Assembly: GCA_002293685.1 (NCBI GenBank)
Contig: DBDS01000007.1
Location: 40,140-104,139, forward strand
DNA from: Patescibacteria group bacterium UBA926
GTDB lineage: Bacteria > Patescibacteriota > Doudnabacteria > UBA920
Length of the DNA stretch: 64,000 bases
Direction: 5' to 3'
The notes beneath the pieces are model-generated. The model saw nothing but the letters and a program-made list of their open reading frames with translations, was not told the DNA's origin and did no database searches. The stretch's first letter is position 1. Each line of letters begins with the position of its first letter. A program made the position numbers and the translations under genes. Of the stretch, positions 1 to 9,575 are shown one piece after another.

Positions 1-1123
1 AGCTATTGTAGAAGACCAGCTCTTTATTGAGACTGGAAGTCCTTTCCAGACAGTTGAGTTGCTTCCTGGGACTTATGAGGTTATTGTACGTGCCTACGAT
101 AACGCAGGTAACTTTACAGAAGTTTCACAGAAATTAGAAATCACTGATTCATGGTTTTGGTTTTTGAGTCAGGACGGGATTACTTTACCAAACGGCCAAT
201 TGATTAGTTGGTGGGTAATTTTCCCGCTTCTATTACTTTTATTGTTACTTCTCCTATTAATTGCTTACATTACCAGACGTTGGTATAAGCTAGCTCACGA
301 AAAAGTGGAGAACAATCATTTACCAGAAAGTTTATCTGTACAACTACAAGAGTTAGAGCAGTACCGAAATCGGTATGGTAGAATCACGGGCGTAATTTTA
401 CTGTCTTTGTTTGCCGGTTTTAATTTATTTAGCTCAACTCCATTGGCTCAAGCTCAAGATATGTCACCGCCGGTAATTACCAGTTACTCCGCAAATATTA
501 AAGATGATGAACTGTTCTATGTTTCTGGAAGAACTACCGAACCGAATGCAGAAGTAATTGTGCACTTGCAAAGCACAGTAGATGGTTCTTCGTTTGATTT
601 TAATACAATGTCTGATAAACGAGGGGACTGGACTTATCGACACGACAGTTTCTTGGCTGGCGGAAAGTATAGTATTTGGGCGCATACCAGAAGCGGTGAT
701 CTACTCAGTCCGCCGAGTCCGCAGGTGGAGATGGATGTTAAACCAATCGCACTTAACTGGGGTAATTCACGCATCACTTATCAAAGTTTATACATTGGAG
801 CTATTCTAGGGTTGCTTTTTGTGTCCGCTGCATTATTCCTTTACATAGTTATTCATACAATTCTGGTTCGTCGTCGCAGACGTCAGTTTGGTCATCAGTT
901 GAGGCAGGCCGAAGATTCAATTAAGCGAGGTTTCATTGCACTGCGTCGAGACATTGAAGCTGAGCTAATGATAATCAAGCAGGCACATCTCACCGATGAT
1001 TTAGTGGGGGAGCAAAAAGTTCGCCAACAACAGCTTGAAGAAGATTTGAAGAACATTGAAGCGCTTGTGGGTAGGGAATTATGGGAAGTTGAAAGCTTCG
1101 AAAAGCTGTCTGGAAATTCGTGA
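1..1123 (+). CDS. Hypothetical membrane protein, 5' partial: the reading frame is open from the window start. It has a poly-Leu transmembrane segment and predicted extracytoplasmic beta-rich domains.
   Basis: The ORF-track protein begins at 59, but the same frame has no stop back to nucleotide 2. A hydrophobic run (LLLLLLLLLIAYI) is followed by a basic stretch, and a second transmembrane segment lies near the C-terminus. No recognisable catalytic motif. Confidence 0.5.
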   Translation, partial: AIVEDQLFIETGSPFQTVELLPGTYEVIVRAYDNAGNFTEVSQKLEITDSWFWFLSQDGITLPNGQLISWWVIFPLLLLLLLLLLLIAYITRRWYKLAHEKVENNHLPESLSVQLQELEQYRNRYGRITGVILLSLFAGFNLFSSTPLAQAQDMSPPVITSYSANIKDDELFYVSGRTTEPNAEVIVHLQSTVDGSSFDFNTMSDKRGDWTYRHDSFLAGGKYSIWAHTRSGDLLSPPSPQVEMDVKPIALNWGNSRITYQSLYIGAILGLLFVSAALFLYIVIHTILVRRRRRQFGHQLRQAEDSIKRGFIALRRDIEAELMIIKQAHLTDDLVGEQKVRQQQLEEDLKNIEALVGRELWEVESFEKLSGNS

Positions 1124-1142
1124 TAAAATAAATTAAGCTTCT

Positions 1143-1254
1143 TTGTCATCCTAAGTCCTGAGTCAATTAAAACCTACCTTGTCATTCTGAGTCCGCCAAA
1201 GGCGGACGAAGAATCCCATGAGATCCTTCAGTCACTCCGTTCCTTCAGGATGAC
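1143..1254. repeat. Family-A palindromic repeat, composite copy (about 1.5 units).
   Basis: TTGTCATCCTAAGTCCTGAGTC, then GTCATTCTGAGTCCGCCAAAGGCGGACGAAGAATCCCATGAGATCCTTC...CCTTCAGGATGACG. Near-identical to the copy at 48072-48150. Confidence 0.7.
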
Positions 1255-1268
1255 GTAAACATAAATTT

Positions 1269-1652
1269 ATGGACACAGACTATAAAGGAATTGCCATTAT
1301 TGCCCTGATAATTGTAGCTTTATTTGGTGCGGGGTTATTCTATGTGATTTCAGAAGGTAACAACCGCAGAGTCGCTCTAGAGCTAACTAGGCAGTATTTA
1401 AACACCAATAACCCTGAAGAACAGATGGCTTTGGAAACCGAGATTCGTGAGCGAATTGAGAAACCCCCAATTGCGATGACAAGCAGAGCTAGTTTAGATT
1501 CATTTGAGGTATTAATTGCTAATGCTAGAGCTTGTGAGGATTATGCAGAAAGGGTCCAGTCTGATGGCTCTGAGGTTGATACAGATGAGGTCTGGCGCTA
1601 CTGCATGGATAATCCTGAAGTCCTCACTCTGCCAATAAATCTTATAAGGTAA
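1269..1652 (+). CDS. Small hypothetical protein with an N-terminal transmembrane helix.
   Basis: 127 aa ORF with N-terminal hydrophobic segment IAIIALIIVALFGAGLFYVI. A hairpin terminator follows. Confidence 0.4.
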   Translation: MDTDYKGIAIIALIIVALFGAGLFYVISEGNNRRVALELTRQYLNTNNPEEQMALETEIRERIEKPPIAMTSRASLDSFEVLIANARACEDYAERVQSDGSEVDTDEVWRYCMDNPEVLTLPINLIR

Positions 1653-1663
1653 ATTGAAAAAAG

Positions 1664-1706
1664 AATCCCCGGAAGCCTGAAAGGCTATCCGGGGTCTTTT
1701 TATTTT
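1664..1706. terminator. Bidirectional rho-independent terminator between the convergent 127-aa gene and valS.
   Basis: Hairpin CCCCGGAAGCCTGAAAGGCTATCCGGGG followed by TCTTTTTATTTT on the + strand. On the - strand the same hairpin is followed by TTCTTTTTT. Confidence 0.55.
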
Positions 1707-4003
1707 GGCCAGTTGGCGATAATGAGTGTTTTATCTTCCACGAGCTTACCTTCGCGTAACTTCTGCCATAGTACTTCTGTTACGAATGGCATGAACGGAT
1801 GGAGAAGTTTTAAAATGTGTAAGAGAATGTGAAGCAGTATTGCTTGAGTATTAGCTTTTTGATTTTCGTTCTGAATTTGTTCTTTTGTTGCTTCGATATA
1901 GACGTCTGCAAATTCTTTCCATACGAATTCATAAAGTGTTTGCGCCGCGTCATGAATGCGGAAAACATTCAAGCTCTTGGAAACAGATTCAATTGTTTCT
2001 GAAAGCTGGTTTAAGATGAGTTGATCGGCTTTGGTGAGCTTGTCATTCTGAGGCGAAGCCGAAGAATCTAGATCCTTCGCTACACTCAGGATGACAGCCA
2101 CTTCATCTGCAGAGATATTGGTTAGGATATATCTTGTGATATTCCAAAGCTTGTTCCCAAAGTGCTTCATACCTTTGATTTTATCCTCTGCTAAAGCGGT
2201 ATCTGTTCCAGGGGCTGTATTGAATACCAAGGCAAAACGCAATGCGTCGGTGCCGTATTTTTCAATCATGTCGAGCGGGTCGATAATATTGCCAAGGCTT
2301 TTACTCATTTTTTGGTTTTTGGAATCTCGGATTAAGCCGTGCAAATAAACATGTTCGAACGGAATTTGCCCTAAGTGATAACCGCTCATCAATACCATAC
2401 GAGCAACCCAGAAGAATAAGATATCGTATCCAGTTTCCATTACAGTTGTTGGATGGAAGGTTTTTAAATCCGGGGTTTCGTTTGGCCAACCTAAAGTAGA
2501 GAAAGTCCACAGTCCAGAAGAGAACCAAGTGTCCAAAGTGTCTTCGTCCTGAGTCCAGCCTTCGCCTTCAGGCGCTTCAATTCCTACATACATGTTACTG
2601 TCATCCTGAGCATCACTGTCATCCTGAGCGTTAGCGAAGGATCCATTATCAGATTCTTCATTCCGCTTCGCTCCACTCAGAATGACAGGGGTAGTTTTGT
2701 ACCAAACAGGAATACGATGCCCGAACCAAATCTGACGAGAAATACACCAATCGCGCAAGTTATCTATCCAGTGGAAGTAGGTTTTGTTAAAGTGATCTGG
2801 AAAAATTTTTATTTGCCCGCTTGTTACCACTTGCCGCATTAACTCTTTTAACGTGGTTTCTGTGCCTGAATCAATTCCTTCAATTTGAGACTTCTTTAAA
2901 GTAAAAGGTTTATTTACATCTAAGAACCACTGCAGTTTCGGTAATGGCTCGATAATGCCACCGCTTCTTTCGGCTGTGGCAACATTTTGTTTGACCGATT
3001 CTTCGCGCTCCAATAGATTCTCGCTTCGCAACCATTCGACAATGGCTTCACGCGCCACTGTTGTTTTTTGATCAATCACACCTTCTTGCCCAGCGGTCAT
3101 TTTTGCAAACTCGTTAATGACTTGCTTGAAAGGAAGCTTGTGTCGTTCGCCGATTTCAGCATCAACTTGGCTATGAGCTGGAGTGACGCCCAAAGCACCA
3201 GTTCCAAATTCTGGGTCAACGCTTTCTTCACCAATAATTTTGATGTGAAGTTGTTCACCTGCAAAAGTAACATCAAATTCTTGACCGATAAATTGTTTGT
3301 AGCGAGCATCTTCAGGATGAACTGCAACTGCGGTGTCACCAATTTTGGTTTCCGGGCGTGTGGTAGAAATTGAGATAGGGAAGTCGGCGCTATATTTGAA
3401 AGTATAAAGAGTCGCTTCACGCTCTTCGTGAACAATTTCGTCATCAGAGATAACAGTTTGGCCTTTCGGATCCCAGTTGATTACTTTGTGCGCACGGTAA
3501 ATTAAACCGTCGTCGTACATATTCTTAAAAGCTGTGCGAACAGCTAGACTGCGAGGTTCGTCTAAGGTGTATGCTTCGCGGCTCCAATCAACGGAAGCAC
3601 CAAGCGCTTTGATTTGACCAACGATTGTGTCGCGACTTTCTGCTGCAAATGTTTCCACGCGCTTTACGAATTCTTCACGACCTAAATCGGTTTTGCGAAC
3701 ACCTTCTTTGGTTAAGATTTTTTCTACTTTGGATTGGGTCGCGATTGCAGCGTGGTCTGTTCCTGGTAACCATAAAGTCTTGCGTCCTTGCATGCGACGG
3801 AAGCGAGTGAGTATATCTTGAATTGTCACGAACAGCGCGTGGCCAACATGAAGCGTTCCAGTCACGTTTGGGGGCGGCATGATAATAGAGAACGGTTCGC
3901 CGTCACCTAAATTATCTGGGTTAAAATACCCAGAATCTAGCCAGTTTTGGTAAATATCCGCTTCGTATTTTGAGGCTTCATAGGCCTTATCTAGTTCAAT
4001 CAT
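1700..4003 (-). CDS. valS: Valyl-tRNA synthetase (class I aminoacyl-tRNA synthetase). It carries two in-frame family-A repeat insertions.
   Basis: HIGH motif (PNVTGTLHVGHAL) and KMSKS motif are present. CP1 editing-domain region and anticodon-binding region are present. 767 aa. Inserted peptides AVILSVAKDLDSSASPQNDK and NEESDNGSFANAQDDSDAQDDS are encoded by repeat DNA. Confidence 0.93.
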   Translation of the reverse strand: MIELDKAYEASKYEADIYQNWLDSGYFNPDNLGDGEPFSIIMPPPNVTGTLHVGHALFVTIQDILTRFRRMQGRKTLWLPGTDHAAIATQSKVEKILTKEGVRKTDLGREEFVKRVETFAAESRDTIVGQIKALGASVDWSREAYTLDEPRSLAVRTAFKNMYDDGLIYRAHKVINWDPKGQTVISDDEIVHEEREATLYTFKYSADFPISISTTRPETKIGDTAVAVHPEDARYKQFIGQEFDVTFAGEQLHIKIIGEESVDPEFGTGALGVTPAHSQVDAEIGERHKLPFKQVINEFAKMTAGQEGVIDQKTTVAREAIVEWLRSENLLEREESVKQNVATAERSGGIIEPLPKLQWFLDVNKPFTLKKSQIEGIDSGTETTLKELMRQVVTSGQIKIFPDHFNKTYFHWIDNLRDWCISRQIWFGHRIPVWYKTTPVILSGAKRNEESDNGSFANAQDDSDAQDDSNMYVGIEAPEGEGWTQDEDTLDTWFSSGLWTFSTLGWPNETPDLKTFHPTTVMETGYDILFFWVARMVLMSGYHLGQIPFEHVYLHGLIRDSKNQKMSKSLGNIIDPLDMIEKYGTDALRFALVFNTAPGTDTALAEDKIKGMKHFGNKLWNITRYILTNISADEVAVILSVAKDLDSSASPQNDKLTKADQLILNQLSETIESVSKSLNVFRIHDAAQTLYEFVWKEFADVYIEATKEQIQNENQKANTQAILLHILLHILKLLHPFMPFVTEVLWQKLREGKLVEDKTLIIANWPK
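2041..2096. repeat. Family-A repeat, short copy, inserted in-frame inside valS.
   Basis: TGTCATTCTGAGGCGAAGCCGAAGAATCTAGATCCTTCGCTACACTCAGGATGACA. Translated on the minus strand it gives AVILSVAKDLDSSASPQNDK within ValRS. Confidence 0.7.
2598..2689. repeat. Family-A repeat with a duplicated left terminus, inserted in-frame inside valS.
   Basis: CTGTCATCCTGAGCATCACTGTCATCCTGAGCG...CTCAGAATGACAG. It encodes the acidic, low-complexity ValRS segment NEESDNGSFANAQDDSDAQDDSNMY. Confidence 0.7.
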
Positions 4004-4179
4004 AAATTTATAAATTAAAAAGACACCAATCCGCTTGCGCAGGGTGTCTAGAGTTTGGTAAGTTCTAACTTACCAAACGGTACCATCTAGAGCTTTCGCT
4101 TAATTTTTCCAGATTACGGTTGGGGCCGACAGGTTCTACTCGCTGGGATTATCCCGAGCTTTCTTCCTGTACCTATCCG

Positions 4180-4758
4180 CTATGGGCGGAGCACTTTGGT
4201 GACAGCCAAAGAATCGGTTTGCCTTTGTAGGTTCATTATACTGACAGCCTTTGCGTTTGTAAAGCTAGTAGATAGTTTTGAGATTAGTCCTAGCTTTTCT
4301 CCGGGAGGAATTGGAATTTCTCCGTATTTAAGTACAACTCCATAGTGCACCTCTACTGAACGCAAGAAGTTTCTCGATTGCTCAAAGAAATCTTCTGTGG
4401 TGAGTGAAGAGGTCTTTAGCATTAAGAACCTTCCATCCTGATTAGGTTCCAAATAGAGCAGACTCAAGAGACGTCTTCGTTCAAGATCGCTCAGGAGACG
4501 TTTAGTTTTTTCTGAAGTTTGATGTGGTGATTTTTCGATCAGTCTATAAAGTTCATTGAACACATCTTCAGAAAAAACCAGGCCGATTTTTCTTTGTACT
4601 TCAACTAGCTCGCGGGACATGGTTTTTGGGTTGATGTTGAAATACTGAGTATCTTCGTCTACCAGAGCTATGTAGCCGATAGAGGGTTGGGCCGAGGTGA
4701 CACACCAGCTCATCAAAAGCCAGCCTATTAAAACTACTAGTTTCATTCTTGCCTCCAT
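4180..4758 (-). CDS. Hypothetical secreted protein with an N-terminal signal peptide.
   Basis: N-terminus MKLVVLIGWLLMSWCVTSAQP is signal-peptide-like. No recognisable domain. Confidence 0.45.
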   Translation of the reverse strand: MEARMKLVVLIGWLLMSWCVTSAQPSIGYIALVDEDTQYFNINPKTMSRELVEVQRKIGLVFSEDVFNELYRLIEKSPHQTSEKTKRLLSDLERRRLLSLLYLEPNQDGRFLMLKTSSLTTEDFFEQSRNFLRSVEVHYGVVLKYGEIPIPPGEKLGLISKLSTSFTNAKAVSIMNLQRQTDSLAVTKVLRP

Positions 4759-4808
4759 TTCAATTGATGAGGCATTTTAGTATTTGAGCGAGTGGTCTGT
4801 CAAATTTA

Positions 4809-5846
4809 TTATAGGAGCTCCCAAGCTGGGTTCGCGTGAACTTGACTTGGTTTGGAAGGCTTTACTCCTGCGAGTAAGTTGAAGTAAGCGGCTAGAGCTA
4901 TCATTTGGGCATTGTCACCGCAAAGTTCGTGATTTGGAACTTTGAAGTTTAAGCCGTTTTCGGCTGAGAGTTTAGCGAGTGATTCGCGCAACGCGCGGTT
5001 GGCAGCGACACCGCCGGCAAGAGTGATTGTTTTACAGCCGTGCTTCTGTACAGCCTTGAGAGCTTTCTGTGTGATTACATCGACAACAGCATTCTCAAAA
5101 GACATAGCGATGTCGGCTTTGGTTTGTTTGGAAAGAGGTTTCTTAAGCTTATCAATGTGATATAGAACGGCGGTTTTTAATCCGGCGAATGAGAAATCAA
5201 AGTTTTTAAAATGAAGCATCGGTCTTGGGAAATTTAAATCAGTCTTTCCACTTTGAGCAAGTTTAGAAATTTCTGGACCGCCAGGATAGGGAAGATTCAA
5301 AAGTCTGGCAACTTTATCAAAAGCTTCGCCTGCCGCATCATCGACTGTGTTGCCAACAACCTTGTAGGATTTGTAATCCTTCATAAGTAAGAACATAGTG
5401 TGACCACCAGAAACGATTATTGCTAATGCAGGGAATTGGGCAGGTTTTCCGTCAGCGAAGGCTGAATAGAGATGGCCACTCATGTGGTTAGTAGGAAGGA
5501 GTGGAATGTTTGCTCCTGTAGCTATACCTTTGGCAAATTCAGTTCCTACGATTAATGAGGCAATTAATCCCGGACCGGAAGTTACGGCAACATAATCCAA
5601 TTTAGATAAAGTTAGCTTTGCATCTGCCAATGTTTTTTGCACGACAGGAGAAATCACTGCCATGTGCTCTCGAGCAGCAACCTCAGGAACAACTCCACCA
5701 GTTTTTTGGTGAATGGAGATTTGTGATTTGATAACTGACGATAAAAATTTAAAGGAGGGTTGCTTGGATTCTATAGAACCTGAAAGAATCGCGGCCGCGG
5801 TTTCGTCACAACTTGTTTCAATGGCAAGGATGGTTATTTGCTTCAT
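4809..5846 (-). CDS. tsaD: tRNA N6-adenosine threonylcarbamoyltransferase TsaD (Kae1/Gcp family).
   Basis: N-terminus ILAIETSCDETAAAIL, metal-binding His motif (HMSGHL), GGVAAN motif. 345 aa. Confidence 0.9.
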   Translation of the reverse strand: MKQITILAIETSCDETAAAILSGSIESKQPSFKFLSSVIKSQISIHQKTGGVVPEVAAREHMAVISPVVQKTLADAKLTLSKLDYVAVTSGPGLIASLIVGTEFAKGIATGANIPLLPTNHMSGHLYSAFADGKPAQFPALAIIVSGGHTMFLLMKDYKSYKVVGNTVDDAAGEAFDKVARLLNLPYPGGPEISKLAQSGKTDLNFPRPMLHFKNFDFSFAGLKTAVLYHIDKLKKPLSKQTKADIAMSFENAVVDVITQKALKAVQKHGCKTITLAGGVAANRALRESLAKLSAENGLNFKVPNHELCGDNAQMIALAAYFNLLAGVKPSKPSQVHANPAWELL

Positions 5847-6022
5847 AACTTATTTAAAAATGTCATCCCGACGACCACATGTCCTGAGTAAAGTCGAAGG
5901 ACGCGGGCCAGCCGGGATCTGTGTTGGTATTATATCGGGTTTTGAAGCAAAACAAAAACCACTTAATTTCACTATAATAGTGCCCAATGATGGGAAAATG
6001 GCTTTTGTTAGACGTATAAAAA

Positions 6023-6250
6023 TTACATTGTGGAAGCAGAGGCTGGTGCTGAATCGCTTCCTTTCATGCTGTTGATGGCAACTAGGACCGCAGATAAACC
6101 TACCAATATATAAACAATGGTAGTTAGCATTGTATCCCCAAAGATTGTTGTAACTAGATTGAAGTTAAAAGCTCCAACTAGTCCCCAGTTCAAACCGCCA
6201 ACAACCAAGAGAATCATTGCGAGGGTATTTAGCATTTTCAAATTTCTCAC
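6023..6250 (-). CDS. DUF378-family small membrane protein.
   Basis: 75 aa with two transmembrane helices. The motif GGLNWGLVGAFNFNLV is typical of DUF378. Confidence 0.5.
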   Translation of the reverse strand: MRNLKMLNTLAMILLVVGGLNWGLVGAFNFNLVTTIFGDTMLTTIVYILVGLSAVLVAINSMKGSDSAPASASTM

Positions 6251-6368
6251 CCCCTTCCCTTACGAGATGAATTCTAACTCAATTATATCATTATTTAAGT
6301 GAAATTTTTTCAAACCTGTGTATAAAAAAACCGCCTCTATTTTTTATTGAAGAGACGGTTTTTGAAAT

Positions 6369-7781
6369 TTAAGCATGTGCAGGTTCTGACTCGGCTTGCT
6401 TTTTAAGCAAGTAAGAAAGAATTGGTGGTGTAAAGAGGGTAGTTAAGATTACCATGATGATGATAATCGAAAACACTTCATCATTTACAACACCGAGAGA
6501 TTTACCGATAGTGGCAAAAATCAATCCAACTTCTCCACGAGGAACCATCCCGAACCCGACCAAGTTCTTGTTGACACTGCCAGCAGCTAATCCGGAAAGC
6601 CATTTACCGATGAATGCTACTGCAGTAATTGCTAGTCCGACAAGAAGGATTTTTGGTTCGAATAAGGTAGCTAAATCAACGTTCATACCGGTGTATACGA
6701 AGAATAGCGGAACCAAGAACAGAGCGATTGGCTCGATTAGTTCTTCAACGTGCTTGTCGGAGTGGTGGGTAACAAGCTTCATAATCTTTTCTTTTCCAGC
6801 TTCATCAACGTGTTCCAAATGTTCTTCGATATCACGCGCCACTTTTGGTCTACGGAAGTACTTAAAGTGAACAGGGTCGAGCACAAGTCCGGCCGCGAAC
6901 GCGCCTACGATTGGAGCCAAGCCAATAAATCCAGCTACGGCCGCAAAGATTAACGCGAAGCTGATGGCGAGAGTGAACTTCATTCCAACGCCTGTGTGAA
7001 CTTTGGATAAGAAACGCCCGAAGTAAGGCGCAGTAAGCTGTCCAAGAACAATCGCACCAATTAAGAACGCAAGAGCTTTAACGATAATCAATCCTACTGT
7101 GCCCACACCAACTGTTCCAAGAGTTACAAGTGCAGAAACTACAGCCAAAATGATTAAACCAATTACGTCATCAATAACAGCCGCGCCAAGAACAATTTTT
7201 GCTTCAGGCAAACTGAGCTTGCCCAAATCTTTGAACACGCGAGCGGTAATACCTACTGATGTCGCGGTTAGAGCTGCACCGAGGAATAGGTAAGTGTTGA
7301 GTTCAAGACCTGGCATTAACAAAGGTCCAACCACCCAAGTTCCAAGGACAAACGGTGCTACAACACCAATGATTGCAACCATAAACGCACGCAAACCGAC
7401 TTTCTTCATCTCAACGATATTTGATTCCAAACCAACTTGGAATAACAAAATGATCACACCAAGTTCCGCAAGGAATGGAATGAATAAATCGCTTTTGATT
7501 GGCTCGAAAAAATTCAAACCGATTAAAGCTAGGTTACCAAGAACGATACCAATCACAAGCTCACCGAGTACTGCGGATTGTCCGAAGCGTTCAATTAAAC
7601 TTGCAAGCTTGGCAGCGACTAAGATTACCGCTAACCAAAGGATGCTCATTAGGAATCCATCACCACCTGCACCACCTGCTGCATGAACAACTGGAGCAAA
7701 AGTTAGGGTGATTAAACCCATGTAGATAAAAGTCTTCGCGCGCATTCGCGCTGGCCAGAAGCGGCCGAGTAGGGATTGCAT
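6369..7781 (-). CDS. Cation:proton antiporter (CPA family Na+/H+ or K+/H+ exchanger) with a C-terminal cytoplasmic extension.
   Basis: About 11 transmembrane helices with glycine-rich segments, then a charged soluble segment (DIEEHLEHVDEAGKEK). Confidence 0.6.
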   Translation of the reverse strand: MQSLLGRFWPARMRAKTFIYMGLITLTFAPVVHAAGGAGGDGFLMSILWLAVILVAAKLASLIERFGQSAVLGELVIGIVLGNLALIGLNFFEPIKSDLFIPFLAELGVIILLFQVGLESNIVEMKKVGLRAFMVAIIGVVAPFVLGTWVVGPLLMPGLELNTYLFLGAALTATSVGITARVFKDLGKLSLPEAKIVLGAAVIDDVIGLIILAVVSALVTLGTVGVGTVGLIIVKALAFLIGAIVLGQLTAPYFGRFLSKVHTGVGMKFTLAISFALIFAAVAGFIGLAPIVGAFAAGLVLDPVHFKYFRRPKVARDIEEHLEHVDEAGKEKIMKLVTHHSDKHVEELIEPIALFLVPLFFVYTGMNVDLATLFEPKILLVGLAITAVAFIGKWLSGLAAGSVNKNLVGFGMVPRGEVGLIFATIGKSLGVVNDEVFSIIIIMVILTTLFTPPILSYLLKKQAESEPAHA

Positions 7782-7905
7782 ATCTGAAATTAATCCATTT
7801 AATTTTTTAACAACCTAATCATTATATTCCTAATTTTTAAGTTTGCCAAGACAGATAGGGTAAAAAGAAAAAGCCGTCCCGAAAATTGGGACGGCGAAAG
7901 TTTTG

Positions 7906-9225
7906 CTAGGCGTTAACCGTGCGATTGAATCGCTTGGTTATATCCATCATTTCCATGCAGACTACGATTCCAACCATGCCGATTAACAGCTGAAGTCCGA
8001 ACGGCGGTTCGAGTCCTGTGTAGCTAATCCACATCGTGGTACCAACTTGCCAGAGTAGAAGATAGGGCGCAAAAACCCACGCTTCAATTAACCAGCCTTT
8101 GAAAACTTGGGCCGATGTTACGACCTTTGCCGCAACAAGTATGACGAGGAAAGTCACAATCTGTGGACCGTTACCGAGAGGTGAGAGTCCTCCATAGACT
8201 ACCGATGGGAAAAGATTGAACCACAACTGCATAGTCATGCCGAGCTTCTCGTACACTGGATACGCGGCAGCGAATGCGGCTGCGTTGTCTGCGCCGAGTG
8301 TCATCGCAATAACCGCCCAGTAAAGTTGATCCGGGGGAATGTCTGTGTGATGAAGCCCAAGGTGCGCGAATGACACAACCGAGAAGAACGCCAGAAAAAT
8401 CACGGCTGTCTCAATGGACCAGTGAATCGTGTGATGCCGAGCTTCTTTTGAAAAGAAGAGGCTAGATATCAAAGTGATCAAGAACACTGAGCCAAGGAAG
8501 ATTGTAATTTGAAATTCTCTTAAGAAGGTTATGGCGATGCTTATGCATAGCGCCAGTACACTTCCGTAAAGAATCTTTAACCAGCTTTTAGGTCGGATGG
8601 TTTTTAGTTCAAGGTAGATGTTTCCAAATTCAGTCCCAAGCCTTTTTAGGGAGATGTAATACAACACCGCTGTGAAAGACATATAGAGCCAGAATTTTGT
8701 AAACGGAAAGAAGTAATTCAGGGTTTGTCCCATCTGACCAAACTTTACAGCAAGGTACGATTGCGGCGGGTCTGCAGCCGTCGTACCAAGAGCTAGCATG
8801 TTCATCGAGAAGATTGCGACCGTGATAAGTATCAACAGCCTACGTTCTTCATCTCGACTTTTCAAAACATGATAGATGGACAGCAAGAGCGGTACTACCG
8901 CCCAGGTTGTTCCAAAGTTTCCTGCGAGTGGGAAGACAAGAAATAAAAGCCAACCAATTTTGGTTGTCTTGGGAACTTCGATCTCGAATAAATTAAGTCC
9001 GGCAATGGCTATCGCCACCAACGGCACCATGATGAATTGCGGGTAGTCCACTAAGAAGACATGCTTCGCAACTTCACGGGTTTCATCATTGTAGATCAAA
9101 AGAAAAATAATCGTAGGGAGAGACAAAAAAAGGAAAATTATTACCTTTTTTTTGAGGTCCCCGACCTTAAGCGACGTGTAAACAATTACGACTAAAATCG
9201 CTAATGCGACAAGAAAAAAGTGCAT
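7906..9225 (-). CDS. Polytopic integral membrane protein of unknown function.
   Basis: 439 aa with at least 10 predicted transmembrane segments. No catalytic motif recognised. Confidence 0.5.
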   Translation of the reverse strand: MHFFLVALAILVVIVYTSLKVGDLKKKVIIFLFLSLPTIIFLLIYNDETREVAKHVFLVDYPQFIMVPLVAIAIAGLNLFEIEVPKTTKIGWLLFLVFPLAGNFGTTWAVVPLLLSIYHVLKSRDEERRLLILITVAIFSMNMLALGTTAADPPQSYLAVKFGQMGQTLNYFFPFTKFWLYMSFTAVLYYISLKRLGTEFGNIYLELKTIRPKSWLKILYGSVLALCISIAITFLREFQITIFLGSVFLITLISSLFFSKEARHHTIHWSIETAVIFLAFFSVVSFAHLGLHHTDIPPDQLYWAVIAMTLGADNAAAFAAAYPVYEKLGMTMQLWFNLFPSVVYGGLSPLGNGPQIVTFLVILVAAKVVTSAQVFKGWLIEAWVFAPYLLLWQVGTTMWISYTGLEPPFGLQLLIGMVGIVVCMEMMDITKRFNRTVNA

Positions 9226-9380
9226 GATCCATAGATCCTCCTAGGTTTTTTTGTTTCGGTTATTTTCACACCGACTCGATATTTTACTACTTCTGGACTG
9301 TTTTGTCGAGGGGGTGGTATTACTAAATTTCTTGGTCGCGAAGGTGAATATGTTATAATTTAGTTAAATAATAAAGAACT

Positions 9381-9575
9381 ATGTGTGCAGTTTGTGGGTT
9401 AACTAGTATTCCAGCTTGTTCAGTTAGTGGTCAATGTGGGTTGAATATTCAACAGGTTGTTGGTGTTGCGGCTATATCGGGTGGCGCGGCTTTAACTTTG
9501 CTTCGTCATTGGTTAGCGGTCCGTGTGAAATCTGCGACGACAAAAATAAGTAAACTATTTAAACATGGAAGTTAA
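9381..9575 (+). CDS. Small Cys-rich peptide (64 aa), hypothetical. See finding.
   Basis: MCAVCGLTSIPACSVSGQCG followed by a hydrophobic stretch. An extended -10 (TGTTATAAT) lies about 30 bp upstream. Confidence 0.25.
   Translation: MCAVCGLTSIPACSVSGQCGLNIQQVVGVAAISGGAALTLLRHWLAVRVKSATTKISKLFKHGS

Noticed and set aside
225-262. Run of Leu codons (LLLLLLLLL) considered as a trinucleotide repeat or slippage site.
   Set aside because: Codons are mixed (CTT/CTA/TTA/TTG/CTC), not a pure repeat. Consistent with a transmembrane helix.
2091-3373. Several 75-115 aa ORFs on both strands inside valS (2091-2348 +, 2301-2528 -, 3068-3373 +, 3097-3444 -).
   Set aside because: All are embedded within the well-supported ValRS reading frame. 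They are typical antisense or alternate-frame noise.
5861-5900. Possible full family-A repeat between tsaD and the DUF378 gene.
   Set aside because: Only the left terminus (TGTCATCCCGA...GTCCTGAG) is recognisable. No matching right terminus. Counted as a degraded half-copy, not a feature.
7099-7711. Plus-strand ORFs of 64-130 aa overlapping the antiporter gene.
   Set aside because: They are wholly contained in the antiporter coding region (minus strand). Their Pro/Thr/Arg-rich composition is typical of antisense translation of a membrane-protein gene.
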